Shown here: piece by piece, positions 61,701 through 64,000 of the stretch | Position numbering within the stretch: position 1 is the first letter of the stretch | How the letters are laid out: every line of letters begins with the position of its first letter | Assembly (NCBI GenBank): GCA_965240325.2 | Contig: OZ251240.1 | Location: 930,001-994,000, forward strand | DNA from: Rebecca billardiae RCC1528 | Taxonomy: Eukaryota > Protista > Haptophyta | Length of the DNA: 64,000 nt | Direction of reading: 5' to 3' | Made by a program: the position numbers and the translations under genes | Notes under the pieces: model-generated | Told to the model about the DNA's origin: nothing | The model's input: only the letters and a program-made list of their open reading frames with translations | Database searches by the model: none

Positions 61701-64000
61701 GCGTTGAGCGCGACGCACCAGACGGTGCCGCCTGTCGGCTGCTCAAAGATGCGCTCGCCGCTGCCGCCGTCGAGCGCGGTCACGCGCTTCGACATGCCGC
61801 CGAAGGCCACGCGCGTGCAGTCCTCCGCCACCGACACCGTGTACACAAAGTCCGCATCGCGCACCTGCGCGCGCGCGCGCGCGCAGGCGCGGCGCGGCGC
61901 GGCGCGCGGTGCCGGGTGGGTGGCGCCGCGCGCGCGGCGGGAGCCGCCTCAGCGGCGCGCTCGGCGCGCGCGCGCGAGAGAGAGGGGTGCAGGATGCGGC
62001 GGCGGCGGTGCCGTCCGATCCGCGCGGCGCGGCGAGAGGTGCGCCCGCGCGCTCTTCGCGTGCCCGCGCGCAAAGCCGGCGCACGCACCTCCCACAGCAC
62101 AGCGCCGGAGGCAACGTCGACCATGGCGACCGCTTTGTCGCGCCCGCCGACCGCGAGGCGCGTGCCGTCGCGGTCGAGGGCGACGGCGTAGACGCGGTCC
62201 TTCCGCTTCACGACGCACGCCTCGTCGAAGCGCAGCTCGTAGTCCGGCCCGACGCCGACGATGTGCTTGCCGCCGATCGTCGGCGTCGTCTTCACCGCCG
62301 CCGCCCCGTCCGCGCCCGCGCCGCCGCCACCGTCGGCCGTGGGCTGCGCGTTGGCACGCTTCTGCTCAGCGAGGTCGTACACGTAAGCCGAGCCGTTCCA
62401 GCAGCCCACCGCGAGCCTGCGCCCGCTCGCCGCCCAGCAGCACGACCAGACGAACGCGGGCGGCCCGTCCGGCGTCGCGTACTTGACCGTGCCCACCTCG
62501 TGCCCCGTCTTGAGCTCGTAGACGTGCACGCAGCCATCGTACCCCCCGACCGCGCAATACGTGCCGTCAAGCGTGAGGCGAGCGCACCACACGGGCCGCG
62601 GCAGCGTCCACCTGCGGTCGCGCGCGTGGTCGCGCCGCCTGTCCATGTGGTACACCAGCGCGAAGCCCGTGCCGTTCGACTCGCCCGCGATCGCGATCAT
62701 CCGGCTCAGCTTGTGCACCGAGCGGACGATGTCGCCGCGCGCCGGCGACGGGAAGCGCATCACCTCCGCGCCAGCCGACGTCTTGTACAGTGTCACGTGG
62801 CGGTCGAAGCCGCCAAAGACGACATGCGAGCCCGAGCTCGAGAGCGCGACGCAGCGCACGCGCGAGGCCAGCGTGTACACCTTGAGCACCGCGCCGTCGT
62901 GGATCGCGTGCAGGCTCACGCGCTCGTTGCCCGCGACCGCGAGGCGCGACGCGTCCGCGGAGAAGGCCACCCCGCCAGAAATCGCCGGCGCGTCGATTGT
63001 GGCGAGCGGCTCGCAGTCCCAGCGCAGGAGGGTGCGCCCGTCGACGAGGCGCTGCCACACGATCACCCACAGCTCGGTGTGCGTCGCGAGCCCCACCGCG
63101 AGCGTCGAGCGCACCGTCTTCACGCCCGCGTGCTCGGCCAACGACGGCTTGTCGCGCGCGAGCGCGATCGAGTGCACTGTGCTGGACGTGGCAAACCGAC
63201 AGCGCAGCAGCAGCGAGTGCCGCGAGTCGGCCTCCTCCGCCTGCGTGGGCCACTTCTGCTGCCGCCGCGCCGCGCGGAGCGGGCTCATGCAGAAGTTGCC
63301 GATCGGCGAGCGCGGGATGTGCGGCGAGCCGAACGGCGACGGCTCGTGCGACGAGTCGCGGCCGCCGCCCGAGGCGCGGGCGCCCGGGCCCGCGGCCGCG
63401 GCCGCGCCCTGCTGACAGGTTTGGCTGGTGCGCAGGGAGAAGCGCGCGGGCAGCCCGCCGATGCCGCTGCCGCTGTGGTTGGGGACGGGCGAGTCGAGCG
63501 GCGAGGGCGGCATCGGGCGCGGCGGCTCGATCGCGTACACCTCCACCATCTTCGCCTCGCCCGCCACCACGACGAACTCGCTCTCGTTCTCGAGCTCGAT
63601 GCCCTGCACGTTGCCCGTGTGCTGCGAGCGACCGCACTCCTCGATTGTGAACGACCACTCCCGCTCGGGCTCGTCGCCCGCCGCGCTGGCGGCGGAGGAC
63701 TCGGAGCTCGCCGCGCCGCCGCCCGCCTTGAAGCCCTGCGCGACCGGCCCGGGCGAGTCCGCCACCGCGCTGCCGCCCGAGTTCTTCCGGCCGGCGGTGG
63801 GCGTGCCCAGGCCGAGGCCGAGGCCTCCGCGAGGCGTACTGGCCACGTCGGACGGGCGCATCATGCGCACGCCGATGGAAGGCGCGGCGAGCGCGCCGGG
63901 GGAGCGCTCGCTGGCGGCGCTGCCCGGCGGCGTGAGCGGCTCGCCCGGCAGCGTGAGCGGCAGCGGCACGCCCGGCGGCGAGGGCGAGCACGCGCTCAGC
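58707..64000 (-). CDS. TRP-type cation channel with N-terminal WD40 repeats (5' end outside window)
   Basis: WD-like units VRCVALSSSGSHVVFGGFDRHV, VYAVALDRDGTRLAVGGRDKAV, VWCVALNADGSRL. Channel core ALMDYKW, YFSDVWNMID, LVQMIQAILIDMIPF, VVLLNLLVAIMADSYRQV. Introns 61865-62088, 59717-60022, 58857-58972. Confidence 0.88.

Overview
Gene-dense, very GC-rich eukaryotic DNA with short GC-rich GT(GCG)...(GC)GCAG introns and AT-richer spacers. The style resembles a haptophyte alga (Pavlovales/Diacronema-like; inferred, not shown). About 20 protein genes can be reconstructed by manual splicing. In order: divergent kinesin-like+TPR protein (5' truncated), TerD-domain protein, nucleoside-hydrolase/multi-TM/TIR-like fusion, MFS transporter, NAA20, intronless RecQ helicase, SAM-domain methyltransferase, beta-lactamase-family hydrolase, SPPP-repeat multipass membrane protein, secreted RTX-repeat protein, CAMK kinase with EF-hand and two cNMP domains, dual-specificity phosphatase, fimbrin, proteasome beta1, EamA transporter, flavodoxin-2 quinone reductase, WD40-TRP channel (5' truncated), and several hypothetical genes. 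Accessory structure centres on 30.4-43.3 kb. A decayed direct duplicate of the kinase 5' region brackets the RTX gene and a 3554-bp element with 34-bp CACAG terminal inverted repeats and a 2-bp AT target duplication. A second, inverted copy of that element runs into an assembly gap. A 46-bp repeat whose conserved end reads TA|CAGTTT occurs seven times in intergenic DNA. The strongest candidate for an undescribed system is the nucleoside hydrolase-6TM-TIR fusion (6027-10107). All exon boundaries and family calls come from reading the sequence, without database searches. No rRNA, tRNA or CRISPR array was recognised.
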